Part shown: positions 39,153 to 52,849 of the stretch, piece after piece
How the letters are laid out: each line of letters starts with the position of its first letter
How positions within the stretch are numbered: the first letter of the stretch is position 1
From: Eledone cirrhosa
Taxonomy: Eukaryota
Direction of reading: 5' to 3'
Assembly (NCBI GenBank): GCA_964016885.1
Contig: OZ024743.1
Location: 105,524,001 to 105,588,000, forward strand
Length of the DNA: 64,000 nt
The notes under the pieces: generated by a model
Seen by the model: only the letters and a program-made list of their open reading frames with translations
Database searches by the model: none
Told to the model about the DNA's origin: nothing
Position numbers and translations under genes: made by a program

Positions 39153-40987
39153 GTGATAGAGGGACTCAAATTTATCTTGAAGAACAATTACTTCGTTTTC
39201 AATAACATATACTACAGGCAGAAATTTAGGACCGCTATGGGAACGAAAACAGACCCCACTTATGCCAACCTAGTCATGGGATACCTGGAAATTACCCTCT
39301 ACACTAAAGTACTAAACAAATTTGGAAAAACTCTCCACTTACACATATAAAAGAACTGACAGCGATATCTAGATGACTGCTTCATCCTTTGGCACGAAAA
39401 TATCGAGAAACTTAAAGAATTTCACACCCTTTTAAATGGGTTCAACACGAATATTAACTTTACGATGGAATACAGCCATCAACAATTCCCCTTCCTCGAC
39501 ATCCTCATTAAGATTCATAACGAGAAAATAGAAACAGACATATACTACAAGCCCACAGACTCCAAGCAATATCTTCCAATCAACTCTTACCACCCTAGAC
39601 ACGTTAAAATTAATATTCCCTACAACTTAGCCAAGAGAATCTGCACTATAGTCTCCAATAAAAACACCTGTTACTTACGGCTACAAGAACTAAAGGACAC
39701 ACTCATAGGCAAGGACTACCCTGCATCACTAATTGACAATGGAATCCAACGTGCCCTAAAACTCAGTACCCAGGACCTTAGACACCCTAAAGTAAATAAA
39801 CCGAAACTAAAAGCTCTTCCATACATCTCCACACACAATCCCCTCAACAATGAGGCCTTTGACACCATTCTCCAGAACATCCCTGTGTTAAAAAAGGACC
39901 ATAGATTGAACCAAATCCTTCGAACACGCGATATCATAAAGAGCAAAAGACAATCTAAGTCAATGAAAAATATCCTAACGCATGCCAAAGTACTGCCAAC
40001 CACAACAACGAAACCCACAGTAAAAAAAATGCGATAGACCCAACTGTGGCATACGCATCAATCTAATAGAGGGTTCGGAATTCTATTTCAAAGAAGGACA
40101 ACGTTTTATAGTAAAACACAATTTCACATGCGCATCAGAAAATCTAATATATGTATTAACTTGCTCAGGTTGTCGAGAACAATACATAGGTCAGACAAAA
40201 AACAGCCTCCGCCAACGCATGACTGTCCATAGATCCCAACTTAAAATACGAGAATACAGGAAAATACCACTGAGTGAACACATTGATACCTGTGCCGCCC
40301 AAAATCATCCCAACTTTAGAATCTTTACCCTCTACAAATTTAAAGATAATGCCACCCACACCCAGCGCATCAGCAAAGAATCTCACTTTATTAACAAATA
40401 CGGACCCCGTCTAAACACTTCTACCTAAGACGAACCCACAACACACACATGTCAACATACATACCTACATCAGCATACAGCCTACATTCATTTCTATCCA
40501 CATATAAACACAATGACATACGTAAACACACATGTTCTATAGTGCAACACAAATATACACAAATTTGCATAGCTTTTGATGTCTATAGATATAAACGTGC
40601 CGACACAGACACATACATATACGCACACATGCATTGCACACTGATGGGCACATACATATTTGTACACAAGTATTCCCATACGACAGGGCCTAATGAATTC
40701 CCCTTGCAGTACGTACAATCTGGACACTCGCACACACCTTGGTGTTATGACAATACTATATATCATTTCACCCCTTTTATTATTAATGTTTTTGAAGTTT
40801 TTTGAGAGAATCGTTTTTGCAAATTACTGAAAATAGCGAATAATGTACACCATTTTTACCAGTATCACAAAAATGCTGCCCCCCCACACACACATACACA
40901 CACATACACACACACACATATACACACACACATACACACGCGTACACTAACATAAAAACAGACATACACACACACACACACACACAC

Positions 40988-41018
<31 letters not shown>

Positions 41019-41150
41019 CATACATACACACACACACACTTCTCCGTATAAGACAAGAATTGAAAAATATCTTTCAACATGTTAAAATATCCCCCACACA
41101 CGTACAGACACATTCCTACTGACCGAATCCCTCTACCACGAATCACTCTG

Positions 41151-41211
<61 letters not shown>

Positions 41212-41812
41212 ACACACACACACAGATATTTGTCTTAATAGACACCTGAACAGGTGATCTTTCGACATGACTGCAATTAACACACACATCCCTACTGACC
41301 ATTATCACAACAATGAACCTCTTTACTACTACACACACACACACACATATTTGTCTTAAAAGACTTATTTTTCAGTGACTTGTCAATCAGGCGAAAAAGG
41401 ACACTCTTCCACAAACCTACATTTGGCGCAAAATCAATTTTTAACATTCACGTGACCTCTACAATCCAATCAAAATTGTTTTGACTACAAAAAGTTTTGC
41501 AACACGAATTGGCGCGAAACTTATAGTACTCATTCACGTGACATTCAACAACCAACCAAATCTTAATACCTCTGGAGCCACTTTTTTTTACATAAAACAG
41601 GTAGAATTTCCAAAACTGATCAGATTAGAGCAAACATCACGAGCGCTCTATCTCAAAATTATTTTTGAAAAGCATTAGAAATGCGCAACCGGTAAAACTT
41701 AAAACTAAAACTGAATACTAACCAATACTTATTACTAATTTTTACTTATTCCTAATTAAACTATTTTCCACTGGGAACAATTTGTCAGCATTTTCTTTTC
41801 CTTTTACTAATG
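39153..41812 (+). mobile_element. Penelope-like element, Neptune-like, 5'-truncated; RT C-half + Cys-rich linker + GIY-YIG, long 3' pseudo-LTR
   Basis: NNYFVFN..YYRQ..TAMGT..PTYANL, RYLDDCFILW, FPFLDI, TDIYYKPTD..QYL...S.HP, CDRPNC, FTCASENLIYVLTCSGCREQYIGQT..LRQRMTVH and KESHFINKY. Coding ends at 40428. Confidence 0.9.
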
Positions 41813-41934
41813 TATATATATATATATTGAGAGTGGCCGACCGAGGTAGAAGCTGCTAAATGTTCGGTCGTCCTCTTGTCTCTGATTTTCAGCCCCATGG
41901 ATTTTATCTGTTATATACTTTTGTTATATTTTGA

Positions 41935-41992
41935 ATACCTGATGATGTCACCGGATCCATACTGAACCCGGTCATTGAAATGATCATAGTAT
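41935..41992 (+). ncRNA. Minimal type I hammerhead ribozyme (third family) in a short insert at about 41828-42042
   Basis: ATAC-CTGATGA-TGtcACCGG(atccatactgaac)CCGGTCAtt-GAAA-TGATCA-TA-GTAT-AATAAA. Helix III is the perfect palindrome TGATCA. The insert is flanked by (TA)n. Confidence 0.8.
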
Positions 41993-42032
41993 AATAAACC
42001 TTTCAAGGATTTACACCAATCCAGCCTCCTGT

Positions 42033-42095
<63 letters not shown>

Positions 42096-42097
42096 GT

Positions 42098-42703
42098 CGG
42101 GTCACTCTTGAGTGCTACTGGTAACATGTAACCCAGTACAACCCGTCACATGGTCAGGTCGTTGGGGACTAAACCGGAAACCCCACAAAGTTTACCTGGT
42201 CAGGAGGGTGATTTTGAACACACTGTAGGACAAAAAACAAAACCTGACAAAGGGCGGAAGAACTCATAAGAGTCAACAGCCATTCCAAAGTGTGTAAATA
42301 TGTATATACACTTGTACATATGTATGTATATGTATATATGTATATGCATGTGTATTTATATGCGTGGGGACATAGAAATAGTCGGGATGGATACCCGATC
42401 ACGCAGTTAAACCACTGGGAGTGAAGGACCCCTAGCATTTGCCAGGGATTCCTTATAGGAGAAGGCACCACAGGAAACTGGGATAATTCCGACATAAAAC
42501 CTGCGGCTCAGTAGTTACCGATGATGTTGATCTTTTCTTCTTTTCGGGTTATAGCTACTGTCGCTCAGAGTGATGGATTAATTCACTGCACAGTCTTTCC
42601 TCACTTTAAAAAAATCTTCACGCACAGGCATTGCACGATAGAATTAATTAATAACTTTTAATAATCTTGCAATGGCCATGCTCGATAATGAGGGGCATCC
42701 ATC
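42098..42703 (+). mobile_element. Non-autonomous RTE-derived element, best-preserved long copy
   Basis: The 5' block is shared with the copies at 6543, 31407 and 44008. The 3' end gcaatggccatgctcgataatgaggggcatccatc is almost identical to the RTE 3' end at 16937-16975. Confidence 0.8.
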
Positions 42704-43173
42704 ATATATGGATATACACTGGTATCCCCCGTTTGTGATGGGGCCAATAATGTTAGAAAAAAAATATACATGATAAGAAGAATACGATGTTGTTTGGTTA
42801 AATGGTTTTATGTTTTTGTTGAGTATCGACATGTAAGGCGCATTTCGCAGATGATTGGTTAGAATTTCTGCTAACTTATGAGAAGGATTTGGGAAAATAT
42901 TCATCCACTTTCAGATGCGAGCCTACATATTAAAATATATCTGAGGAGCTTCCGGTTCCAGAGTTAGGTTAGATCATTAATAGATCATTCCTCGAGCTGA
43001 TCGACAGTGAAAGATGTAATATGTAATTAAATATGTATTTGATGCAACACTGATTCTTTCTTCCCTTATATATTAATACTATTGTTACGCTGCCCCCTAA
43101 GAGCATCGAGTGCTCACCCGGCATACCGCCTACGGACGCAGCTTAACACCTATATATATATATATATATATGT

Positions 43174-43271
<98 letters not shown>

Positions 43272-44007
43272 GACACATTATACAAAATCACTGAGGTGTA
43301 TGCTACTGTACCAGCACCTCACCTTATGGATAAAAAAGTTATCATTTTATCATTACTGCAGTTTCAAAATCTAGAAGAATAACGGATAGCCATTCAATAA
43401 ATTGATGTAACTGTCGTTAACAGAATAGACATCTCTTCAGAGGATGTAATTCTCTAAGGTATAAGAAAATTAGAAAAAAAATAATATATATATCCGTTAA
43501 TACAATTGTGATCAATGTTCATTGAACATGCGTGGTGTAAGCAATTAATCCTTCAGGCATGCGTAGATCTATCAACGAGATAAATATTCATATAAACGGA
43601 CACAATTTTCGAGTCAAACCTGCCCTTAGAAATAGCAGTTACATATAGACCGTCTTTCAGCTCACCATACAGGGAGCAGCACATTTTCTGTTGAAGAGAA
43701 ATCTATTCTGTTGACGATGGCCATATAAATCCATTGAAGGAGTATCCGCTATTCTTTTTGACTTTGAAACTGTGGGAAGAATAATCTATTTTATCCCTCG
43801 TCAGAGATGCTTCTCAATGATTTTGTATAACATGTTCTGCATGTATTTGCTTCTCCGAATGAAATTTCTATTAGCGATCCCTTTTCATTGAGATGTTATG
43901 TATTTTCTGATAAAAGTTATGTGTATGTATATATATATATGGAAATACAAAGAAAGAGATGGAGAGAAAAATATATATACGTTTATGTATATATATGTAT
44001 ATATGAC

Positions 44008-44195
44008 AGGTTCCACTCGATTGATACTAGTAACATGTAACTCAGTACACCCTGTTGCAAGGTCGAATCCTCGCTGACTAAACCACCAACACCAGCAAGC
44101 TTGCTTGGTAAGGAAACTGGTTGTTGAACAACCTGCCGAACGAAAAGCAAAACAACCGTCAAAGGGCGTGTGAACTCAGGTGAGTAAATGGTCAT
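44008..44195 (+). mobile_element. 5' part of the RTE-derived non-autonomous element
   Basis: Aligns with 42098-42290. Confidence 0.7.
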
Positions 44196-44899
44196 ACATT
44201 TGTATGTAGGTTTATATATTTATATGCATATATATATACATATTTGTCCCTGAGTATATGTGTTTGCCTGTGAAGTGAGTGAAATTGTAAACAAAACATC
44301 CTTTTATCATTTAACATTTATCATTACTTTATTTTATAACTCTGATACAATACAATCGAACGACTCCCCAGCTTGCGAACATAGGTATAGATAGATATAG
44401 TAGTTAACTGCATATACACAGAATAAGCAGTGCCGGGCCGGGACACGGGCTGCTTTTTGGCAAAGCATGGTGTCCCCTAGCCACCTCCACCAAGGTCACG
44501 GTATCTCATAGGTGAAAATCCTTAAATCATGTTGTTGGAAGCACGACCTTAGAAGAAAATGTGGCAGTTATTGACAGAGATACACCAGCACATTCACATA
44601 TATCAATGGCAGAATATAACAGACAGAGTCGATTACAATGGCAACGTTACTACCATGACATTCAGGAGTTGTTATCGATTGTCATTACAATAGCAAACAG
44701 AAAGAATACGATGATACGATGATAAATAACAGACAAAACGAAGTCACATACCACATCGCTCATCACGCCGGAGAGAAATGAGCGCGACTCGCAGTGGAAG
44801 ACCAGTCTGTATTGATCGAAAATTTGTTACGGGAAAACCGAAACGGAACCAAAACAACTTTATTAAATATAAAAAAAAACAAAAGAAAACAACAAAAAA

Positions 44900-46260
44900 A
44901 AAACGCTTAAAGGTTACACCTTTAGACCTTCAGTCTCAATACTCTAAATTCCAAAATTAAAATGAATAAAGTGAAATCAAAAGCAGAAAATCAAGGATTT
45001 GAGTAATATGCATACAAGATTATATATCACGATAACACCAACATTTGCCATATCAAAATGGGAAAAAGTTGGATACTTATCACGCCATCAGCTGAAAAAG
45101 TAAGTAACAACACAAAAATAAAAGGTGTTGGGTTCTTACTCAGTTCTAAAATCTGTCAGACCCTCTGTAACACAGAGTCGATATATCCGAGAACTATAAG
45201 TGGAAACCTACAATGGTAACCATTCTACCACTGTTGTTGTTATAGTTCCACAAACTCCGCTGATGATGAAGACGTAATAAACGTCTAACAAGATCTGATA
45301 TAACTTGTGAAAAAACATCCCAAAGCACAACTTGATCATAATAGCGTTTGATTTTAATCATAAGATTAGATAAGCAGTTTCCTTTTGTCAAAAATCAATT
45401 TGAAACGGTCGGCACCTACTTGATTTTGCAACAGATTGTAGATTGATGCAACTGAACCTTCAATACAAGAAACGAATAGGAAAGTTATGGACCTTCACTT
45501 ATTCCAATAAATTGAAGGCACAACTGGACTACATACTAATAAATAAAAATTGGAGAAAAGATGTGCTAAATTATGAAGCCTATAACACTTTTGCTTTAGT
45601 ATATTCTGATCATAGAATTCTTTCTGCGAAAATAAATCTCTGTCTAAAATGCATAAAGATCAAAACAAAATGACGGTGAAATATGATTGGAAAAAACTGC
45701 TAACTGATGATACTATGAAAATCAAATACACAACTGAAGTCTGAAACTGTTCCAATACACTGCAGGCAAACGCGCGCAGAAGAAAGAAATGCTGACGTAA
45801 TATGTAAAAAAAGGATCATGAGTGCCCATAAAGTAGCTGCTGAACTATCCATAACAAAATTAGTGGAAAAAAGGCAACGAGTTCCACGGGAAAATGATAA
45901 GATTAAAATCAAAAAAGAAACAGTAAAAGAAGCATTAAACAATCAATATTAGAAAACAAAAATCCAGTAAATAATTATCGTTTCCAAGCAGCCAAACATG
46001 ATTTTTGAGGCTACCTACACTGAAGAGCTCACCACACATATAAACAAACAAAATCAACATCATATCAAACGCACTACAAAAGCAATCATCAAAAATTGCT
46101 TGGACAATTGTCAATGAAATTGCTGGTATAAAAAATACACCAACATCCAAGATAAAAGCTGAGTCGCCAAAAGAACCCGTACAAAAATGAATAGACCACT
46201 TCTAAATCTTCCTGGTCAACCACATATTACAAGAGAAAACAATATCACACGAGTAGTTGA
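44900..46260 (+). pseudogene. Fossil APE endonuclease + linker of a non-LTR retrotransposon (RTE group likely)
   Basis: ICIQ, KGVGFLLS and GKLWTFTYSNKLKAQLDYILINKNW...YSDHRIL (APE domain DYI and SDH motifs). Heavily degraded. Confidence 0.75.
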
Positions 46261-46551
46261 CAGTGTTTTCAAAATGGTACGACGATTTAACTAAAAGTAC
46301 CTTGTAGCTCGTGCAAAAGAGAAATAAATATTTCTGTTGTTCGAAACGATAGCCGTTCTAAAAGCTAATGAGTGTGTTTTAATGTTTGTGTGATCTTTTC
46401 TCGTCCATTTTCCTCCTTTTCCCCTTTCTACCTGGGCCAAAACACTCGTAGCCGCTACTTTCTATCCTTGGAGGTAAATTTACCCGACGCTGCCATTGAC
46501 GGCATTTTGCTGTTTTAACAGCTTCCTTGCATTGAGTTCTCATTACTCTAC

Positions 46552-46631
<80 letters not shown>

Positions 46632-46634
<3 letters not shown>

Positions 46635-46833
46635 CAAGTATGACCCCGACGGCAGAGCTCAAACCGTTTCGACGGCTTATTCTGGACAGAATTAGCCGTC
46701 CAGAATTAGCCGTCGAAACGGCTTGAGCTCTGCCGTCGGGGTCATACTTGTTCCTATTACCCACTCTACTACACTAAGTATTGAGTTCTTTGGTGCGTTA
46801 TGGTCTATCTGGTTGCTTACCACGTTTCCTTCG

Positions 46834-46834
<1 letters not shown>
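46632..46834. mobile_element. Fold-back PLE-like 3'-end insertion in (TA)n
   Basis: Palindrome 46632-46753 plus tail taagtattgag..ctttggtgcgttatggtc.atctgg. Same family as 57510-57709 and related to 1147-1300. Confidence 0.75.
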
Positions 46835-46867
<33 letters not shown>

Positions 46868-47006
46868 AACGCTTCTACAGTTTTTAAAGAATTCCATTTT
46901 CTTTAAACCCATCAACCAATGACCTCCACCCATCCCAATCACCACCCTCTCCTACCAACAGAAAAAAAAGAAATATTACCATATTACTTGGACAGTCGGC
47001 TTCCTC

Positions 47007-47040
47007 CTGATGATTTCTCCCGAATGAAACAGTTCTAGTC
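47007..47040 (+). ncRNA. Hammerhead-like core in PLE-like fragment 46995-47135
   Basis: CTGATGA-tTTC(tccc)GAAt-GAAA-CAGTTC. Helix I pairing is poor. Confidence 0.4.
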
Positions 47041-47149
47041 ATGTAGAAGACTTTTCTATATTAAATATTTATACTCTGCTTTGTATTCTGTACCTTACTT
47101 ACTGTAGTTACCCCCGATTGAACTCGGGCTAACTTATCTATCTCTCTCA

Positions 47150-47198
<49 letters not shown>

Positions 47199-49911
47199 GT
47201 TATATCTATAGATATAGATATATCGACAAACAGATAGAGGAGTGAGATAGCTATACACGAACACACGAATGCGTATCTATATATATATATGCATAAACAC
47301 ACATACACATGACATATATACAGTATATATATACATATATATTGAGATGTGTGCAGTTTCGGCTTATGATAGGAGCCGAAACCGCGATTCTGTGGTCGGT
47401 ATTTTACACACCTATATACCCACTTCACATCTGCCCTTGTATTGAGTATTCACATGATTATCGGTCTCCTTGGTCTCAGCACACTCATACACACACACAC
47501 ACACATGTATATAAATATATATACATGTTGTGTGTGGGTGTATGTGTGTGCATTATCGTGTCGTTTGTGTATTTATTTTTATTTTAATCGTAAGCTATTT
47601 AAAATAATTTCACTGACTATTTATTTGAGACTTATGTGCACTGTTAGATGTTTGAAAAGGTAAAATAATAATAATAATAATATAGAAACATATGTTGATT
47701 TCTTTCACTGGCGTTGTCGTTCTGAGGAAGAAATTATAAACAAAATCAGTGGAAATTGATAAATGGCATTTAGAGGGCCATTGCTTGGAAATGACTCGTG
47801 TCAGCAATATTGAAAAGGAAAGATCTTTGACGAGTTTTCTATTCCCCGGTGGCAGAATTTCCTAATACATCCTGATTGGTGATATGTATAGTATGTCAGA
47901 AAATCTTTGACGATGTATCTGGTCCCCCCAGCGAAATTTACAAATACATTCTAATCGTTTATATGTGTATAGTGTGTCGAAAAGTTAATTTATTAACTGA
48001 AATATATGTGATAAACGACCAACGATATAAAAGGTAATTGTTGGAAAATAAATATATAAGATAAGGTATTGTTCAAAAGTACGATACCATTTAGAGATCT
48101 TAAGAGTTGAGCTGTCAGCCATTTTGTATATATTCTTCGTTCAGACAGCGTAATGACTGATGAGCTTTCGAATATCCTCTGAGCGGCATGGTGGCGGTGA
48201 GGAGAATAAGATGAAAAATGAGAAAGGTCGTAAAGCTGCACTAGAATGAGGTAGAGTAAGTGACGGCTGGTTTTTACTTGACTAATAACATAAGTAGATT
48301 TCCTTTGTCAGTCATTTTATTATGAAAACAATAAGATGTGCATTTACTATTCTTTCTAATCATATGTGCTTGTTTGTAACAATTTACGAGAAAGTCGTCC
48401 ATATATATGATCTTTCTATAACTGTAATTGCTGACGTTTTCAATAACAAATTGATCAGAGTGAGATGTAGCACTGGAAGTACAAATGCTCTACATACATC
48501 AGTTCATTTACAACTAAGGGAAGAAGAAAGGGAGAGGTAACTGATCTAGGTACCCTGCATGGTTTGGTTGATGTATATAGAAATGCAGCGAAATTATGAC
48601 AGCAATTAATTTTTTCTTCTGTTTTACTTGAATATAGTGATTTTATAATATTTTTTTTTACTCATAACAATTAAAAATAACATGAATGTGATTGAATACA
48701 TTCTAAACTGGTTTGACTCGTTTTTAGTCTTCCAAATATTTTCTATCTAGGAATAAAGTATCCAATACATTTTTTCACTTTCTAAAGATATGACTTTATA
48801 TACATTTAGTTTCTATTTCTAGTATACGAGTAAGTACATATATACTCCGATTGATATGATTGGCGGTAGATCAAGAGACACATTCCCAAATGTGGTTAGC
48901 GTTTGTGTGGTTGGATGCAATATCAGTTCATTTACATAATAAATAACATTAGGGAATGACGTAAGACACATTCGCTACAGTTGCAAACTTACTGGACTCG
49001 AACCAATGTGGGAGCTCTATGTATTTAATCGACCTTTTAGAAATGGCAGTAAAATTCTCTCTAAGGACAACTTACTCTCTCATGTATGACAAACTAAATG
49101 TAGTTAATACCGCCAATGGCTTTCGCTTGATCGTAAATACAACCATATAAAACCAAAGCCATTCATGAACTAAATCAAACATAATGCATAGACATATATT
49201 CGACATTATTCACTAGACCCAACCACTGAAGGGAGAGTTAAATTACAGGAGTCCTTCTAAATCATGTCCCAATCGTCCTGCCTGGAAAACAACCAACCAC
49301 CTTCATCAAATGCTGGAATGAGGATGTCATATTTCATCAGGCTGCAGATCTCGTATTGCATAGTTTCTATATAATAATATAGTAGTCAGCTCCATACGGT
49401 ACCTCTAGAATAGTAATGATACTAGGTCTTATTTCCAAGGTTTATGTGAAGAAAAACAGCTGTAACAAATTAAAAGTGAGTTATTTTAGAGTTTAGTGCT
49501 GCATATATTTTCTTCGCTGCTGCACTCAATCCATGGGTGACATATTTCATTCTCAGATGAGTATTTCTGAAACCAATACCACTGAGTAATTATTGAGTGT
49601 ATGTAGAAACCAACGCCATTGTAAGTAGCGGCAGTACCAGGCAGTCGACAAATGTTATATTATGTGTGTGCATGAAGGAATATACGATCTACATTATATA
49701 TCATGTTTTATTTGTGCTACTGCTAATTAATCTCCGCTGAGTCAAGCTTGTGCCGTATGCAAATGGAATTCTACAGCAGATGATTTATACTCATAATGTC
49801 TATAGCTTATTCTAGTGTCAGTAGCGAGCAGGTAAACATCACTTAATATATATATTTTTAAATCTTGAAGCACCGGTGTCTGGGGTTCTCATACGGCTAC
49901 TGATATCTGAA

Positions 49912-50093
49912 ATAATTGTTTCTACTTTAGGCACAAGGCCAGCAATTACCCAGAGCATTACTGGTACTTTATTTTATCGACCCCGTAAGGATGAAAGGCA
50001 AAGTCAACCTCGGCGGGATTTGAACTCAGCTCGTAAAGGGACGTAACTATGCTGGAAAGCATGGCGTCCGACCCTCTACCGATACTGCCAATC
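49912..50093 (-). mobile_element. tRNA-derived SINE with 15-bp target-site duplication
   Basis: Near-consensus copy. atatctgaaataatt occurs at 49903-49917 and 50096-50110. Confidence 0.92.
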
Positions 50094-50639
50094 TTATATC
50101 TGAAATAATTACAGCTTAAAACAGTTAGGTTGGGTTTTATTATTATGAATCACGTTATGCCAGTGCTACTGTCAATGAACATCTGTCAGTTAACTGAATT
50201 TTGTTAAAATTTCCCTGCAAATGTGGGCGGTAACCGTCATTTCTCCAGACCTTGTTAGGGTAGGCAACACATTGATAGATTGGCACAAATCGTAAAGAAT
50301 CTATTAATTCTTTATCGACAGTTAGCCCAAACTTCTTGAATGAAACATAGTGACAGTGGTAGGGTTATTTATGGGCTTGATGATGTCGTTTAGCGGCATA
50401 TCAACTCTGGTCAAATAAACCTGTTTTTTAAGGTATTTCAATTAGGTCACATATGGTGTCTAGGACTATAGTGTTCTTCAAATGTTACGACATCATTTGA
50501 AAGATGTTTGCTTGCAGATTCGGAGAAAATATATTTGTTGTTGTTGTTTCTATTATTTGGATTAGCGGAATCGATAGAGCGTCGGACGATATGCTTCGAA
50601 ACATAGAGATTCGGCCCACTGCAACTGCCGTGAAATTGA

Positions 50640-52120
50640 CCGCACCAGAAACCTTTCACCCTCTAAAACATCACCACCAGCATCTGCCATCCTACCCCCC
50701 TCACCTACCACGCATCTACACTACTCCTGCGGTACCGTACCTTTCTTTGCTAACGAGCCTTCATTTTTTTATCACGACACCTCTTGTTTCTCTCCTAACC
50801 TACCCGCCATCACCTTTATCCGTGCCCGTAACTTTCCTGACTTTTATGTATCTAGATACTTCTCTTCCACCTGGGTCCCGTCATTGCTTTCGGCCTTGTA
50901 CATAACCAAACTCACCACCTTCATAAGTATGAACCATTCATTTTCTTATTCACCACTTCTTCAACTGTATGCGCCCCCCAGTGTTCTCTTTGCAGGTCCA
51001 TATATACATCGAACAAATAGACCTCCGTCAAGCGGACCGTTTTGTAGAATACCTGACGAACATACGATTTGGAATAGCCAACATTATCGCACGTCACTAA
51101 CGTGCCCTCAAACACTTTACTCAATATCTCTATGTATCAACATCTCTTTACACCAGGGATCCCCAGCGAACCACACTCCCAGACCGAAGAAAACTTAATT
51201 TTTCGTCTTGGAAATACTTTCCTGAATGCCGTCACCCACAGTTTCTGTAAGTTTCATTTATCCTTGCTCTGTCACACACACATGAGAACCCACACCAACA
51301 GAACTCCAACTGTCACGCCAATACACACACACATAAACAACACCTGTATATACCACCCAACGAACATATATATATATATCTACACACACATATAACCCTG
51401 AAATTCCTACTCACACTCATGCATATCTAACTAATTGGACACATCGATGGCACTACGTACAATATACAATATGTAGCTTTCCATGCACACAACACTCATA
51501 CTCACACATACATCATATACACATTGTATCATATAAACATTATATCTGCATCCACGGTCATTGTACACTACCTACATAGTACCTCCAACTCCACACCCTA
51601 CATATTTTGCATACAAGACGCATTTGTGCGCGCATATACACGTACGCATTTACACGCCCTCAGTCATCACACACAACAATCTAGAGCTTGCACTTGAGTG
51701 TTCATATGTGTCTGCATCTCCTGCTCCTGCAGCTGTGTTTACGTTGTGTCCAGTGATGCGCCGCCGTTGAATGTTTCCCTACATTTACTCCACCCTAATA
51801 CTTCCCTGCTCTATAACCTTCCACACATCTAGTGACTCCCTACTTCGTATTTCTGCAGTTTGCTGGTGTACCGTTATATCTTCGTACCCGAGCCGAACTG
51901 TCCACTAACGTCCACAAATGTGCCTAAAATCCCAACTGACCATTATTTCATCAAAATATCTGAAAGAAACACATGTTTTTACTAAAAGAAAAAAAGAAGA
52001 AAATCCGGTCCTTCCTCTTTTCACTCTTTATAACATTATTTCATTCTTTACTTTTGATTTTATCTTCTGATGAAAGTCTAGTGTCCGAAATATATATACC
52101 CTTTTCCTACTATACCAAGC
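50640..52120 (+). mobile_element. Degraded Penelope-like element (GIY-YIG remnant + 3'UTR with hammerhead remnant)
   Basis: PPGSRHCFRPC, CSLC..IY/IEQ...ADRFVEYL..I......IARH and EENLIFRLG. The motif TCTT-CTGATGA-aagtctagtgtcc-GAAA (52063-52098) and downstream sequence match the minus-strand fragment at 990-1060. Confidence 0.65.
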
Positions 52121-52188
52121 GTTAGACTAATATATTTTTTTTTATTGTACTGCGTTGTTTCCTGTTACTGTTCGTATATATATATATA

Positions 52189-52270
<82 letters not shown>

Positions 52271-52271
52271 G

Positions 52272-52302
<31 letters not shown>

Positions 52303-52305
52303 CGC

Positions 52306-52336
<31 letters not shown>

Positions 52337-52783
52337 GGAAGAGCAATCGTACGACATGCGGTAGGAGTAAAGTCGAGTCTCGCAAGCGATGCTGTCTACT
52401 TTTTTCGTTTCTTGGTGTTAATATGCACTAAATGATCGACTAATTTTCGATTTTATTACGCAAAAAACCTACCTTTGAGACTGCTTGCCATACATTCAAT
52501 ATGTATATATATGTATATATATAATTTTATATATATGTAACCACACTCACGCTCTCAAGTGCGCTCAGAATTGTATGTTGTAATTTTAAATTCAATGCCT
52601 AACACATAGTCATACTAATGCAGACAATACTAATGTATACTCGTCCACTCACACACACATACAAAACAACATATGTATATGTGCGTGTGTACGTATATAT
52701 ATTTTGATTCATGCACACATACTATACAGAAACAAACTTTTCACAATTGAGAGGGAGAAAAATATTGATACAAAATCAAATGG

Positions 52784-52849
<66 letters not shown>

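Noticed and set aside
43082-43150. TGTTAC-starting GC-rich stretch resembling an LTR start
   Set aside because: Only about 70 bp before (TA)n, with no partner LTR or TSD.
44430-44570. Structured GC-rich segment upstream of the APE fossil, possible 5' ribozyme
   Set aside because: Hairpins are present (gggacac/gtgtccc, aaggtc/gacctt), but I could not fit a complete HDV-like or twister topology.
48150-48185. CTGATGAG...GAAT and a nearby CTGA (hammerhead or C/D snoRNA-like)
   Set aside because: GAAT instead of GAAA and no helix I. The C-to-D distance is too short for a snoRNA.
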